Assembly (NCBI GenBank): GCA_947589325.1 | Contig: CANQAM010000009.1 | Location: 195 to 64,194 of the forward strand | Source of the DNA: an uncultured Bacteroidales bacterium | Lineage (GTDB): Bacteria; Bacteroidota; Bacteroidia; Bacteroidales; UBA11471 | Length of the DNA: 64,000 nt | Direction: 5' to 3' | In this document: positions 19,354 to 29,026 of the stretch, piece by piece | Position numbering within the stretch: the first letter of the stretch is position 1 | How the letters are laid out: each line of letters begins with the position of its first letter | The notes under the pieces: generated by a model | What the model was told of the DNA's origin: nothing | The model's input: only the letters and a program-made list of their open reading frames with translations | Databases searched by the model: none | Program-made: the position numbers and the translations under genes

Positions 19354-21231
19354 TTAATAAATATCTTCGCGGTCGATTTGACTGGTCGGTATTATCTCGA
19401 TGTAATCGCCGTGAAACTCTTGGTTGGGGTCGTAAACGTTTTTTCCGCGAAGCGTATGCGCACCGTATTCCTGCCATGTGAATTGCCCTACTACTATCCG
19501 TAAGCAACTGAACATGGCACGAAGTGAAACGCCACCGTTCTGTGTCGTATAAATCGAAGCCGGAGCCTTCATGTATCCTCTGTTGTGCATGGCCTTATCG
19601 TTTTCGGAATCCTGCGGTCCATCGACATCGGCAATCCACCCCACTTGCGGGTCGGTGCCGGTAATGCGCAAGTCGCGGGGAATTCCCTGAATTTCGTTAT
19701 CTACAAAAATTTGAGCTATACCGCGCCATGATTCCTGCCGATAGCCGAGCCGCACTTCGTAGGAACCCGGCGGCATCGGAAGCATACGGAGAGTGAAGTC
19801 GTACCAACCGTTGAGCTTCAATTCGTCGGCTTCAAAATTGGTCCAACCGTTGTTTGCCCACATGGTGATTTCACTTTCATCACTGAAACTCAAATGTTTG
19901 CCACAAAAATCGTTTGGAATTACATATCCAGATGCTCCCTGTATATCGACCAGTTGCCAACGTATATTGTTGTTTGTAAGCTCAGGCGGAATATTGTAAA
20001 AATCGAAGCGTATACGCTTGTTTAGAACATCGTTCACCATGTTGCTCTCGTCGTACACCAGCATGTCGGTCAGCGAGTGGACAAATCCGTTTATCGCACT
20101 GAGATTGCTCTGCTGCTCGTCGATACCCACATGCGTGCCGTCGGAAAGCGTGTTGATGCGATTTCCTGCCTTGATTTCCATCAGGCGGTAGGTGTACATC
20201 GTTTCGTAATACTCGCAGCGTTCGTTAAGCCGCGAAGTGACGGTACACGGGCCGTTGTAGAGAAAAGAGTTGGTAGACATCTGACGATCGAGCAAATGAT
20301 ACGCGACAAATTTGTAGAGGGCATTTTCCGTATTGGTATAGTCGCCGGCGGCTTCGGTGCCGTAGTATCTTTCGGCAAAAGTGCACAGCTCGGAAAGGTT
20401 GTCGATGCCGTTGAGATGCATTATGGAATCGGGTTCGGCAAAAAGCGTATAACCGTAACGCTTGATGGTGGGAACCTTAAACGTGTTTTCACCACGAACG
20501 ACGCTACCCGACGGATAAGGAGATACGTAATTTTCGTCGCGTATCAGTTCGGTGGCTTTGTCGAGACCGGTAGCGCGGAAAGCTTCGGCAAAAATGGTAA
20601 AACGTCCTTCGTTTTCGAGGGTATTGAGCAGAAAATCCTGCGACGGTTCTATTACATTGCCCACGACATGCACCACCCCGTTGTGTACTTCTATGTCTTT
20701 TTCCACAATAGGTACATTCTTGTTGATATAGATTATCAGACCCGAGCCGGAGTCGTCGCTTTGAAATGAAACGGTAATATAGTTCTGGCTCATCGACGAC
20801 TCTGCCAATGCGCCCTCTTCAAAACGGTCGGAAGTATAATCGATACCTTCACTTTTGATAATGTGATCGTAAATGATTTTCTCTTTTTCTTCCAAGGGGA
20901 AATTTTCGAGGGAGATACCTTTGTCGGAAAAATATCGGAGCAACACTTCATCGGTAGGGACAAAAAGCGTGTAATGTCCATAAGTGGAAAGAAGTGCGCT
21001 GATACCTGTCTCGTCGAGCATAGAGGCGAAAATACTGAATCGCCCGTCTTCATGACAAAACGACGAAACCGTCTGACCGGTGAACGTGTAGAACGCTCCT
21101 TCATCGACCTCATCGGAGCAGGAGACAAAATTTCCCGTGCTCGTTATGGCGGCAAGGGCAAGAAGACCTCGGGTCAGTATACTGTTTAGACGCTGTAAAC
21201 GCTTCATTTGTCGTATTTGTTTTATTGGCAT
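19354..21231 (-). CDS. Fasciclin (FAS1) domain-containing surface lipoprotein (two FAS1-like repeats)
   Basis: Lipoprotein signal (STGNFVSCSDE). FAS1 motifs are FSIFASMLDETGISALLSTYGHYTLFVPTDEVLLRYF, FTIFAEAFRATGLDK and YTLFAEPD. An alternative start is the MKRLQR ATG at 21207. Confidence 0.8.
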   Translation of the reverse strand: MPIKQIRQMKRLQRLNSILTRGLLALAAITSTGNFVSCSDEVDEGAFYTFTGQTVSSFCHEDGRFSIFASMLDETGISALLSTYGHYTLFVPTDEVLLRYFSDKGISLENFPLEEKEKIIYDHIIKSEGIDYTSDRFEEGALAESSMSQNYITVSFQSDDSGSGLIIYINKNVPIVEKDIEVHNGVVHVVGNVIEPSQDFLLNTLENEGRFTIFAEAFRATGLDKATELIRDENYVSPYPSGSVVRGENTFKVPTIKRYGYTLFAEPDSIMHLNGIDNLSELCTFAERYYGTEAAGDYTNTENALYKFVAYHLLDRQMSTNSFLYNGPCTVTSRLNERCEYYETMYTYRLMEIKAGNRINTLSDGTHVGIDEQQSNLSAINGFVHSLTDMLVYDESNMVNDVLNKRIRFDFYNIPPELTNNNIRWQLVDIQGASGYVIPNDFCGKHLSFSDESEITMWANNGWTNFEADELKLNGWYDFTLRMLPMPPGSYEVRLGYRQESWRGIAQIFVDNEIQGIPRDLRITGTDPQVGWIADVDGPQDSENDKAMHNRGYMKAPASIYTTQNGGVSLRAMFSCLRIVVGQFTWQEYGAHTLRGKNVYDPNQEFHGDYIEIIPTSQIDREDIY

Positions 21232-21232
21232 G

Positions 21233-22798
21233 TTAATCGGAAGTTATATCGGTCGATGTTTTATAGAATGGATTTTGAACCAATAGACCGTTGGCGCGCA
21301 TTTCAGAAGCATTGATAGGCATGTAAAGAGCATCGAATGCGCTCAGTTTGCTGCTGACAGTCGATTGGTCGAGATCATCGTATTTGACCATCAGATAAGA
21401 ATTGACCAAATTTTTGAATTGGTCGCGATGGTGCGTAATGCGGCGAAGAATGTCGAAATAGCGTTTACCTTCAAAGAGAAATTCGCGCTGCCGTTCATCG
21501 TAAATGAAATCGAGCAAATTCGCCGGAGTATTGTAGTTGTCGAAATTCAGTGAACCGATGCCGGCTTCGGGATTGGCGCGGTCATAGCTTATGCACGCCA
21601 ATTCAAAAGCAGTTTGCAAGTCTTGGTTAAGTTCCGTCAGGGCTTCGGCTTTCATCAGGTATACTTCGGGAAGCCGGTATACGACCCAATTGGAGGAAGT
21701 GGGGTCGATGAAGTGGTAGTTGCTGTTATTGACCGAAGACGAGGTCAGGTCGCTTCCTGAGAGATAGCTGGTATATTTACGTATAGAGGCTCCGGACGAG
21801 GCTGTCGAGTACAAAGACGTACGCAAGCGCAAGTCGGTATCGGTAAAAATCGATCGGGCACTTGTTGTAAAGTCGTAAGGAATAATTTGCTGAGAGTATC
21901 CGAGGGACATTTCGCCATAGAAATCGGCTACGGCAGAATTGGCGTAATTAATAGGGAGAAATTGCAGTTCGAATATCGTTTCGCTCGATAATCCGTCAAT
22001 GAAAATACTTCGGCAGTAATTTAACGAATTTTCCATTGACAGTACATTGTTTTTGTCGTTGAGCACTTTATCGCAATACGTGATACAATCTCCGTATCTG
22101 CCGCGCCACAGACACATGTCGGCAATGAGGGTGCGAACGGCGGCCTGGGTTATGCGGCCTTTCGTATAGGTACGGTTTGCATAAGTCGTCGATGCCATAG
22201 GTTCGGCTTTTATAAGATCCTCGATGAGAAAGTCGAGAATTTCGTCGGGTTCGGATTGTTTAAGAGAAAACTCTTCCGTATCGTCGATTACCGGCGTTAC
22301 GGAGAAAGGAATGTCGCGAAAAGCCCGTATCAGCACGAAGTAGCAGTATGCGCGTATGCCTTTGACCTCTGCGAGGTAGGCATTGAGTTTTGCCGGAGTG
22401 AAATTGGGGTCTTTTTCACATACGCCGGGTGCAAAGTGCTCTACCGTATTGCAGAGGTTGATGACATTGTAATAATTGCCCCAAGAGGAATATCCGTTCG
22501 ACGGTAATATGTTGAGATTGGCAATATAACGAAGATTCTCGTCCCCGTTGGCAGGGCCTTGGCGCATATTGTCGCTGCGGAATTCGCCCCATACAATCAA
22601 GCGTTTGAGAAAATCGCTCTCTTGCATAGCCCGATAACAGGACATTGTAACGCTCAACACATCGTCTTCGCTCTGCCAAAACTCGTCAAGAACCATTTCA
22701 TTGGTCGGGGGCAGTTCAAAAAAGTCGTCGCACGCAGTAGCTGATATAACAGCGACGATGCCGGCTAAAATTTTACAGATATTTTTTATCGTTCTCAT
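21233..22798 (-). CDS. SusD/RagB-family nutrient-binding outer-membrane lipoprotein (pair 1)
   Basis: Lipoprotein signal (VISATACDD). SusD-like motifs are FWQSEDDV, WGEFRSDN, YYNVINLCN and IRAYCYFVLIRAFRDIPF. It follows a SusC homolog. Confidence 0.9.
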   Translation of the reverse strand: MRTIKNICKILAGIVAVISATACDDFFELPPTNEMVLDEFWQSEDDVLSVTMSCYRAMQESDFLKRLIVWGEFRSDNMRQGPANGDENLRYIANLNILPSNGYSSWGNYYNVINLCNTVEHFAPGVCEKDPNFTPAKLNAYLAEVKGIRAYCYFVLIRAFRDIPFSVTPVIDDTEEFSLKQSEPDEILDFLIEDLIKAEPMASTTYANRTYTKGRITQAAVRTLIADMCLWRGRYGDCITYCDKVLNDKNNVLSMENSLNYCRSIFIDGLSSETIFELQFLPINYANSAVADFYGEMSLGYSQQIIPYDFTTSARSIFTDTDLRLRTSLYSTASSGASIRKYTSYLSGSDLTSSSVNNSNYHFIDPTSSNWVVYRLPEVYLMKAEALTELNQDLQTAFELACISYDRANPEAGIGSLNFDNYNTPANLLDFIYDERQREFLFEGKRYFDILRRITHHRDQFKNLVNSYLMVKYDDLDQSTVSSKLSAFDALYMPINASEMRANGLLVQNPFYKTSTDITSD

Positions 22799-22823
22799 AT
22801 TGTTCGCTTCTTAACGTGAATGA

Positions 22824-25800
22824 TTAGAAACCGAGCGTAATTCCCAATGTAAAATACTGTGAACGTGGAGTATTGCTTTTATCTTCTGCAATACCATATT
22901 CGTTTGGCGGTATTTCGGGATCGACACCCGTATATTTCGACCACGTGGCGAGATTGTTTAATGTCAGGTATGCGTTTACTTGTGACAGTTTGAGTTTCTC
23001 GACGGCCTTCTTGGGCAATTCGTAGTTGAATGTCAAATATTTGAATCGGAGGAAAGAGCCGCCCTCGACAAAACGGTCGGAGCCGAGCCAGTTGTAACCG
23101 TATTGATAAAGTGCCCGAGGTATGTCGGTAACATCACCCTCTTTACGCCAACGCCAGTTTACAGCAATCGATTGGTTGTTGTTGGAATACATGTTCTCAG
23201 ACCACATGCGAGCGTAATTGACAATTTTGTTGCCGGCCCGGAAATTGAAAAATGCATTTATTGTCAAACTTCTCCATTTCAGTGTGAATCCAAAGCCTCC
23301 GTAATATTTGGGATTGCAGTTTCCCAAATATACGATGTCGAGTTCATCGATGGTTCCGTCATGATTTATATCTTCATAGATGGCATCGCCACCGCGGAAC
23401 CGGTAATTGGTCGAGCCGTAACAGAAAGTCATATAGAGCGGGGTTCCATTTGCATCGCGTACCACGTTGCCGGCTGCATCGCGTACTACCGGCGAAGTAC
23501 CGTTCTCATTATATTCTGAATATTGGTACACACCTTTGTAGCGGAATCCATAAATGGATCCGTAGGCATTTCCTTCTTGGAAACGCGACAGATAGGAGCC
23601 GTTTTGACGATCGAACTCACCTTTGTTCATTTCAGCGATTGCCGGCAGCAGTTCCGTAATCTTACTGTTGTAATTGGCAAAGTTGAAATTCACGTCGAAA
23701 GTCCAGTCGCCGACCTGCACCATACGGTTGGTATAAAAGTTGATTTCCCAGCCGTTTTTCTTCATACTGCCGCCGTTGATATAAGACACACTGCCAAATC
23801 CGGTCGATGAAGGAATGGTAAAATCCTTAAAAAGCAGGTCTTCGTTTATTTCATGAAAAAGGTTTAAGTCAAGATTGTATTTGTAGTCGAAAAGAGCAAG
23901 ATCGAAGCCTGCATTATACGATGAATTGGTTTCCCATTTCAGATTGGCGAGACGTAAACTCGAAGGTTTCATACCAGAAACATCGATATAGTTTCCTGCT
24001 CCCGAATAGCGTGCATAATGCAAATATTCGTAGTCGGGCATACGTCCGGTTTTTCCATAGCCGGCACGAATTCCGAAGAGTGTCAGCCATTGGCTGCTCC
24101 ACCGCATCCAATGTTCGTCGGAGATGTTCCATTTGAGCGATACGGCAGGGAATGTGCCCCATCGGTTTTTGGGGCCGAAGCGGGTACTTCCATCGCGACG
24201 TACGGTAACATCAATGATGTATCGTTTGTCGAAAGTGTAGTGCAGCCGGCCCATGTATGCCATCGAATGCCATTCGCTGCGTATACTTTCCTGTCCATCT
24301 TCATATCCGGGCTGGGTCGGGTCGGTGATGCCGTTTGGGAAGCCGTATTTTTTGAATTCGAGGTATTGCGAGTTGCCAGACGTAAGTTCCCATGCTCCGT
24401 AAATCATCAGGGAATGTTTTTCACCGAGTTTGGGTATGAAAAGAAGATCGTGTTTGGTTTGAATGTTCAGACTCTCTGCCTCACGTCCATAAAGCCTGTT
24501 TATAGCCGAATTGGTCCACGCCTGTGACGATACTTCACGAGGAAGCATTTTGTTTTCTTTTTTATTTTCAATGTCGAATTGCACATATCCCGAGTAGCGC
24601 AAACGGTGGCGATCAGGATTTAGAATGTCGTATTGAAGCCGCAAAGTGGGCATGATACGTATGTTGGATTCATCGTATTTGGCGAGGTTGGCGAGCGCTA
24701 CCGGATTGGCAAGATATTTTTGATTGTCGTCGAGTTGTGAACTTAAAGGAATGTTATAGAAATCTTCGGTGTCGTTTCCCATTTCATCTTGACGGTAAAT
24801 ACCGACATTCGGCATTTTGCGGTAGGCAATATCGAGGAGCCCTTCGGAATCCCAATTCTCTTTATAGTTTTGATGATTCATGGTATTCGTGAGAGCAAAT
24901 TCAGTAGAAAAGCGCAAGCGATCCGATACGAGATAATCGAGGTTCATGAGCGTCGATATGCGATCGAGACGCTGTTTGATGATGGTACCTGACTGGTTGT
25001 AATAGCCGAGCGACACGCGATATCGCGCTTTTTCGCCACCACCGGTTATATTGAGGGTGTTGTCGTAGGCAAGTCCCGTTTGTGTAACGGCTCCGACCCA
25101 ATCGGTATTGTTATTGAATTGTTCATATTCAGAGAACGTCGGGTCGTAATTGAATTCCGGAATATTGCAGGCATTCTCGTCTTGACGAGGATTGAAATAA
25201 GCCTGTTTCATCAACATGGTATAATCGTCGCCGGAGAGCATTTTTCGCCCGCGAGGCTGCCGGTGTCCCGAAAATTTAAAAAGATACTGGACTTTGGGCG
25301 GCCCTTTGACACCGCGTTTCGTCTTGATCATGATTACGCCGTTGGCACCGCGCGAGCCGTAAATAGCTGCCGATGCCCCATCTTTGAGCACGACGATTTC
25401 CTCTATATCTTCGGGATTTATGCTGAGCAGGTTGGCAAATTGTTCAGAGGTGGCATTGGCATAGTCGAAAGCCCCATCGACATGACTTTCGTATGGAATA
25501 TCATTAAGTACGATGAGCGGTGTCGTATTGGAATTGATAGAGCCGGAACCGCGTATGCGCATCGACGACCCCGACCCGAGGTCGCCCGAGGTATTTACAA
25601 TATCGAGTCCTGCTATACGTCCTTGCAAGGCATCATCGACCGATTGCACCGATACGCCTTCAAAAGCCTTGGTGTCGATACGTTGTATAGCGCCGCTTAT
25701 TTCACGGGTCGAGATAGGCATGGTACCGTCGTCGATAGTCTTTTGGGCTGTAACGACGACTTCGCTTAACTGATCTATTTCATGAAGTTCTACATTGACG

Positions 25801-26078
25801 ACAGGTGCAATGGATACGATGCGCGGAGAAAAACCGACATACGAAAATCTGAGTTTGTTTTTCGGATTTTTTACTTTCAAAGAAAAATCTCCATTGATAT
25901 CGGTGATAACAGCGGTGTATACGCGGTTGTTTTCATCGACTTCCTGAATGTTGCAACCTATGAGCGGCTCCTTGTGGGTGTCGGTAACCGTACCGCGTAC
26001 CAGACCCGAAGTTTGCGCTGGCAACATATTGGGCATAAGCAGTATCAATAACGCTGTAATGTATTTGAGATGTCCCAT
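22824..26078 (-). CDS. SusC/RagA-family TonB-dependent outer-membrane transporter (pair 1)
   Basis: 1084 aa. It has a carboxypeptidase-regulatory-like N-domain (VRGTVTDTHKEPLIGCNI), plug motifs (DDALQGRIAGLDI, MRIRGSGSINSNTTPLIVLND, VLKDGASAAIYGSRGANGVIMIKTKRG) and the terminal motif FTLGITLGF. Confidence 0.93.
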   Translation of the reverse strand: MGHLKYITALLILLMPNMLPAQTSGLVRGTVTDTHKEPLIGCNIQEVDENNRVYTAVITDINGDFSLKVKNPKNKLRFSYVGFSPRIVSIAPVVNVELHEIDQLSEVVVTAQKTIDDGTMPISTREISGAIQRIDTKAFEGVSVQSVDDALQGRIAGLDIVNTSGDLGSGSSMRIRGSGSINSNTTPLIVLNDIPYESHVDGAFDYANATSEQFANLLSINPEDIEEIVVLKDGASAAIYGSRGANGVIMIKTKRGVKGPPKVQYLFKFSGHRQPRGRKMLSGDDYTMLMKQAYFNPRQDENACNIPEFNYDPTFSEYEQFNNNTDWVGAVTQTGLAYDNTLNITGGGEKARYRVSLGYYNQSGTIIKQRLDRISTLMNLDYLVSDRLRFSTEFALTNTMNHQNYKENWDSEGLLDIAYRKMPNVGIYRQDEMGNDTEDFYNIPLSSQLDDNQKYLANPVALANLAKYDESNIRIMPTLRLQYDILNPDRHRLRYSGYVQFDIENKKENKMLPREVSSQAWTNSAINRLYGREAESLNIQTKHDLLFIPKLGEKHSLMIYGAWELTSGNSQYLEFKKYGFPNGITDPTQPGYEDGQESIRSEWHSMAYMGRLHYTFDKRYIIDVTVRRDGSTRFGPKNRWGTFPAVSLKWNISDEHWMRWSSQWLTLFGIRAGYGKTGRMPDYEYLHYARYSGAGNYIDVSGMKPSSLRLANLKWETNSSYNAGFDLALFDYKYNLDLNLFHEINEDLLFKDFTIPSSTGFGSVSYINGGSMKKNGWEINFYTNRMVQVGDWTFDVNFNFANYNSKITELLPAIAEMNKGEFDRQNGSYLSRFQEGNAYGSIYGFRYKGVYQYSEYNENGTSPVVRDAAGNVVRDANGTPLYMTFCYGSTNYRFRGGDAIYEDINHDGTIDELDIVYLGNCNPKYYGGFGFTLKWRSLTINAFFNFRAGNKIVNYARMWSENMYSNNNQSIAVNWRWRKEGDVTDIPRALYQYGYNWLGSDRFVEGGSFLRFKYLTFNYELPKKAVEKLKLSQVNAYLTLNNLATWSKYTGVDPEIPPNEYGIAEDKSNTPRSQYFTLGITLGF

Positions 26079-26117
26079 TTCAGAAATATTTGATATTGAT
26101 CCGATTGTTTTTCGATA

Positions 26118-28733
26118 TTATTTGAATTTCAAGGCTTTGTCGATTAAATGTATAACTGCACGCGACGAGGCGGTGATATTGGTGGCACGACTTACATCGG
26201 GGTTGTCCACGATTAGGTCGCGTGCCATAAGATTGTAAAGACCTCCTTCCGTAATTACACGAGCTTCTTCTCCCGTGCTGCTGTCGAGGCTTCTCACAGT
26301 AAGCGAGTGGCCGTCGCTTTGCAAGGAGAGTTTATGAAATTTGTCATATTCGTTGCGGGCAGATGTTTCGTAAACTAATGGTCCGTAAGGTGTTCCGTTA
26401 ATGTATGCCGAATTGTCAACAAAATGGAGCCGCAGAAATTTAAGAAGATAGATAGCTTTTTTTCGCTTCGTATCGAGATTGCTGTCTTCAGCTATTTCTT
26501 CCCATGTAAAAAGTTCCGGATCTTCGGCGAATGCCTTGTCGAGGGCTTCTTTCGTAGGAACGAATATCGTATAACGGTAGTTGTTGAAAAAATTTACGAT
26601 ATTGCCTACTCCGCTCGTCGAAGTGGTCGTTTTGGTAGAGAAAATTTCGTCGATTTCGTCGTCATCGGCAAAAATGGTGAATACCTGTTCATGTCCGCGG
26701 CAAAGGTCGAAAAACGCCTTGAATTCGGGGTGGGAATCAAGACAGTCATAAACAGTTACCGTAGCGTCGTGCAACAGATGGTCGATTACGAAAGTACGGC
26801 CGTTGTCCGAACTGTATCGACACGGTTCGCCTGAAGCTCCGACGGTAATGCCGGCAAAATTGTCTCCGACTTCCAAATCACCGCCGCCGTTTACTTTTAG
26901 TGAATTTTCTGTACCGGACAGGCATATCGTTCCACCACCTTTGGTCAAAGCATAAGAGGCTGTACCATCGTCGATGTATCCCGAGAGAATGCCGTTTTCG
27001 TTTTCCCCGACTACAATATGTAAATCCAGAATATCGCGCATTCGGTTGCGAATAATCGATTTGTTGCTGACGGTACGTTTATATTCGCCGATGGAGCCGT
27101 CTTCGTTTGTGCTATATACCTCGGCCTTCACGACATTGTCTCGTTCATCGTAGAAAAAGCTCCATATTTCACGATTTACACCACCTCGTGCCCATGATAT
27201 GGGTTCGCGGTAGAAGCCGAACGCTTCGTCGGTAGGTACGAGCAGATTGTACATGTTTTCCATGGATCGCAGATACATGTAGAAACGCATCGCCTGCGTA
27301 TCGCTCAGATCGTTCCAGTCGTCGGTGATAGCCCATTTCATGATTTTTGTGTTGTCAGAAGTAAGCACCGATGCATAAACGCCTTGATAGTCTATCGGCG
27401 GAAAAACGGTATTGACGAAATAGACAACGCCGTTTCCGGTTAGTTGGCTCGATACCACGTTATCGGGTGCGACATTAAGAGGGTAAGAAGTTTCATCGGT
27501 CAAATTCGGCCACGCATGGGGCAGAGAGGCCGAGAACGAACGTTTCTGGTGGTTTTTCAGAAACATGGCCAAAATATCGTTGGGAATGCTGTCCCAACAA
27601 CCGTAAGCATCGCGAAGATAGGCGCCTTTTCCTCCATTGAAAAATTCGTCCATGGCTTCATCGGTAGGTACGAACATGGTGCCCATATCTTGCTCGGACG
27701 ATGCTTGCGAATAGGCGGCCTCTGAGGGATCGTAGTAAAGAAGTCCGTACCCAGAGAGTGATTCACCCTGCGGGCCCAATTGACAGTTGCGTTCGTTGAA
27801 GAAGTGTTTTACAAATATGGAATCGACACCTGTCAATGCCGGACGGAGTGGATTTGAGCCATTGTAAAATTCCTTTACGGAGGCATTGATTGCTGCATCA
27901 TAATAAGGCGCGCTGAATCTGTTGAGCAGCCGATTGAATATTTTTGATTTATCGTTGGCGGCTATTGCATCGGCCATAGACCCTGCGGGCAACAGCACGT
28001 CTTCAAGCACATGTATATAACCGTTTTTGCAAATGATGTCGCGCTCTGCCACTCTCACACCATTTATATATATATCATCGGCCGAATGCTCTTTTTCTTT
28101 GATAATCAGAGAAAAATCATCTTCGGTCATACCCATGGTTTTCATTTGCGCCGGTGTGAAATGTACCAGCATGGGAGCATCGGCTACCAAATGCAGCGGC
28201 TTGGTCGAAAAACGGCTCCAATAACTGTTTGCAAAAAGTTCATTGTCATTTACCACTGCCACGCTGTCGAGAATAGAACCTGCGGTAAAACGGCGTACAG
28301 CCCTGCCTGTTACTGCCCCGTCGCTGCCGGCAATGTTAGACAGCATTTCCGACAGATAGGCCATATTGACCATACTCGTATTCATAATGGCACGTTTTTG
28401 GGCAGGCGTAAGCTCTTCATAACTTCCGGCTCCGTATGGATTTTGTTGAAAAAAGCGGACGAAAGAGTCATCGTTTGCAGGGAAAAGTGTTTTGCTGCCT
28501 GTTCGGGAAAGTGTCTCACGGTATCCGAGATCATCGATCAATCGCAGGAAATAGTTGAAATTTCCGGCTTCACGCATGTAGTCGTAAATACTCGAACCAA
28601 GCACCTCGGCCGGCGGCTCTTCATTGTCATAGAAATAATCATCTTTACAACTTGATAATATCGTGGCCGATATTATTATCACGGCTAAAAATAAAAAACG
28701 TTTCACTCGTGCCCGGGATTCGTTGAACAGCAT
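26118..28733 (-). CDS. Large multi-FAS1 (fasciclin) surface lipoprotein, first gene of the PUL operon
   Basis: 871 aa with lipoprotein signal (TILSSCKDD). At least four FAS1-type motifs are present: KTLFPANDDSFVRFF, TMFVPTDEAMDEFF, NLLVPTDEAFGFY, YTIFVPTKEALDKAF. Confidence 0.8.
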   Translation of the reverse strand: MLFNESRARVKRFLFLAVIIISATILSSCKDDYFYDNEEPPAEVLGSSIYDYMREAGNFNYFLRLIDDLGYRETLSRTGSKTLFPANDDSFVRFFQQNPYGAGSYEELTPAQKRAIMNTSMVNMAYLSEMLSNIAGSDGAVTGRAVRRFTAGSILDSVAVVNDNELFANSYWSRFSTKPLHLVADAPMLVHFTPAQMKTMGMTEDDFSLIIKEKEHSADDIYINGVRVAERDIICKNGYIHVLEDVLLPAGSMADAIAANDKSKIFNRLLNRFSAPYYDAAINASVKEFYNGSNPLRPALTGVDSIFVKHFFNERNCQLGPQGESLSGYGLLYYDPSEAAYSQASSEQDMGTMFVPTDEAMDEFFNGGKGAYLRDAYGCWDSIPNDILAMFLKNHQKRSFSASLPHAWPNLTDETSYPLNVAPDNVVSSQLTGNGVVYFVNTVFPPIDYQGVYASVLTSDNTKIMKWAITDDWNDLSDTQAMRFYMYLRSMENMYNLLVPTDEAFGFYREPISWARGGVNREIWSFFYDERDNVVKAEVYSTNEDGSIGEYKRTVSNKSIIRNRMRDILDLHIVVGENENGILSGYIDDGTASYALTKGGGTICLSGTENSLKVNGGGDLEVGDNFAGITVGASGEPCRYSSDNGRTFVIDHLLHDATVTVYDCLDSHPEFKAFFDLCRGHEQVFTIFADDDEIDEIFSTKTTTSTSGVGNIVNFFNNYRYTIFVPTKEALDKAFAEDPELFTWEEIAEDSNLDTKRKKAIYLLKFLRLHFVDNSAYINGTPYGPLVYETSARNEYDKFHKLSLQSDGHSLTVRSLDSSTGEEARVITEGGLYNLMARDLIVDNPDVSRATNITASSRAVIHLIDKALKFK

Positions 28734-29026
28734 AATATTGAATTTAAGGTCCTCGATGATTACAAATTTACCCTCTCCTTTATCTTTTTATTACAATAAA
28801 TACTTCTGATTTTTGCACAAATAGAGCAAATTTTCAATTTTGAGGCATTTGTGGCGTGTTCGCATCATTTTCTGGCGAATTAATTTTATTTTACATTGTA
28901 ATTTTCCCTACGAGGTGTTTGAATGTTTATTTGTAATTGGCGTATTCATTTTGTTTTTTGAATAGTACTGACGTATTTCATTCAATACACCGGATTAATT
29001 TTGTGGCATAAATCTCTATCAGACAG

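Noticed and set aside
28996-29003. A TAATTTTG -7 box upstream of GH95 as the divergent PUL promoter, and CAAATTTA at 28763-28770 for the minus-strand operon.
   Set aside because: Both have a plausible -7 element but no TTTG at the expected -33 distance. That is too weak to annotate, and the true promoters may depend on the HTCS activator.
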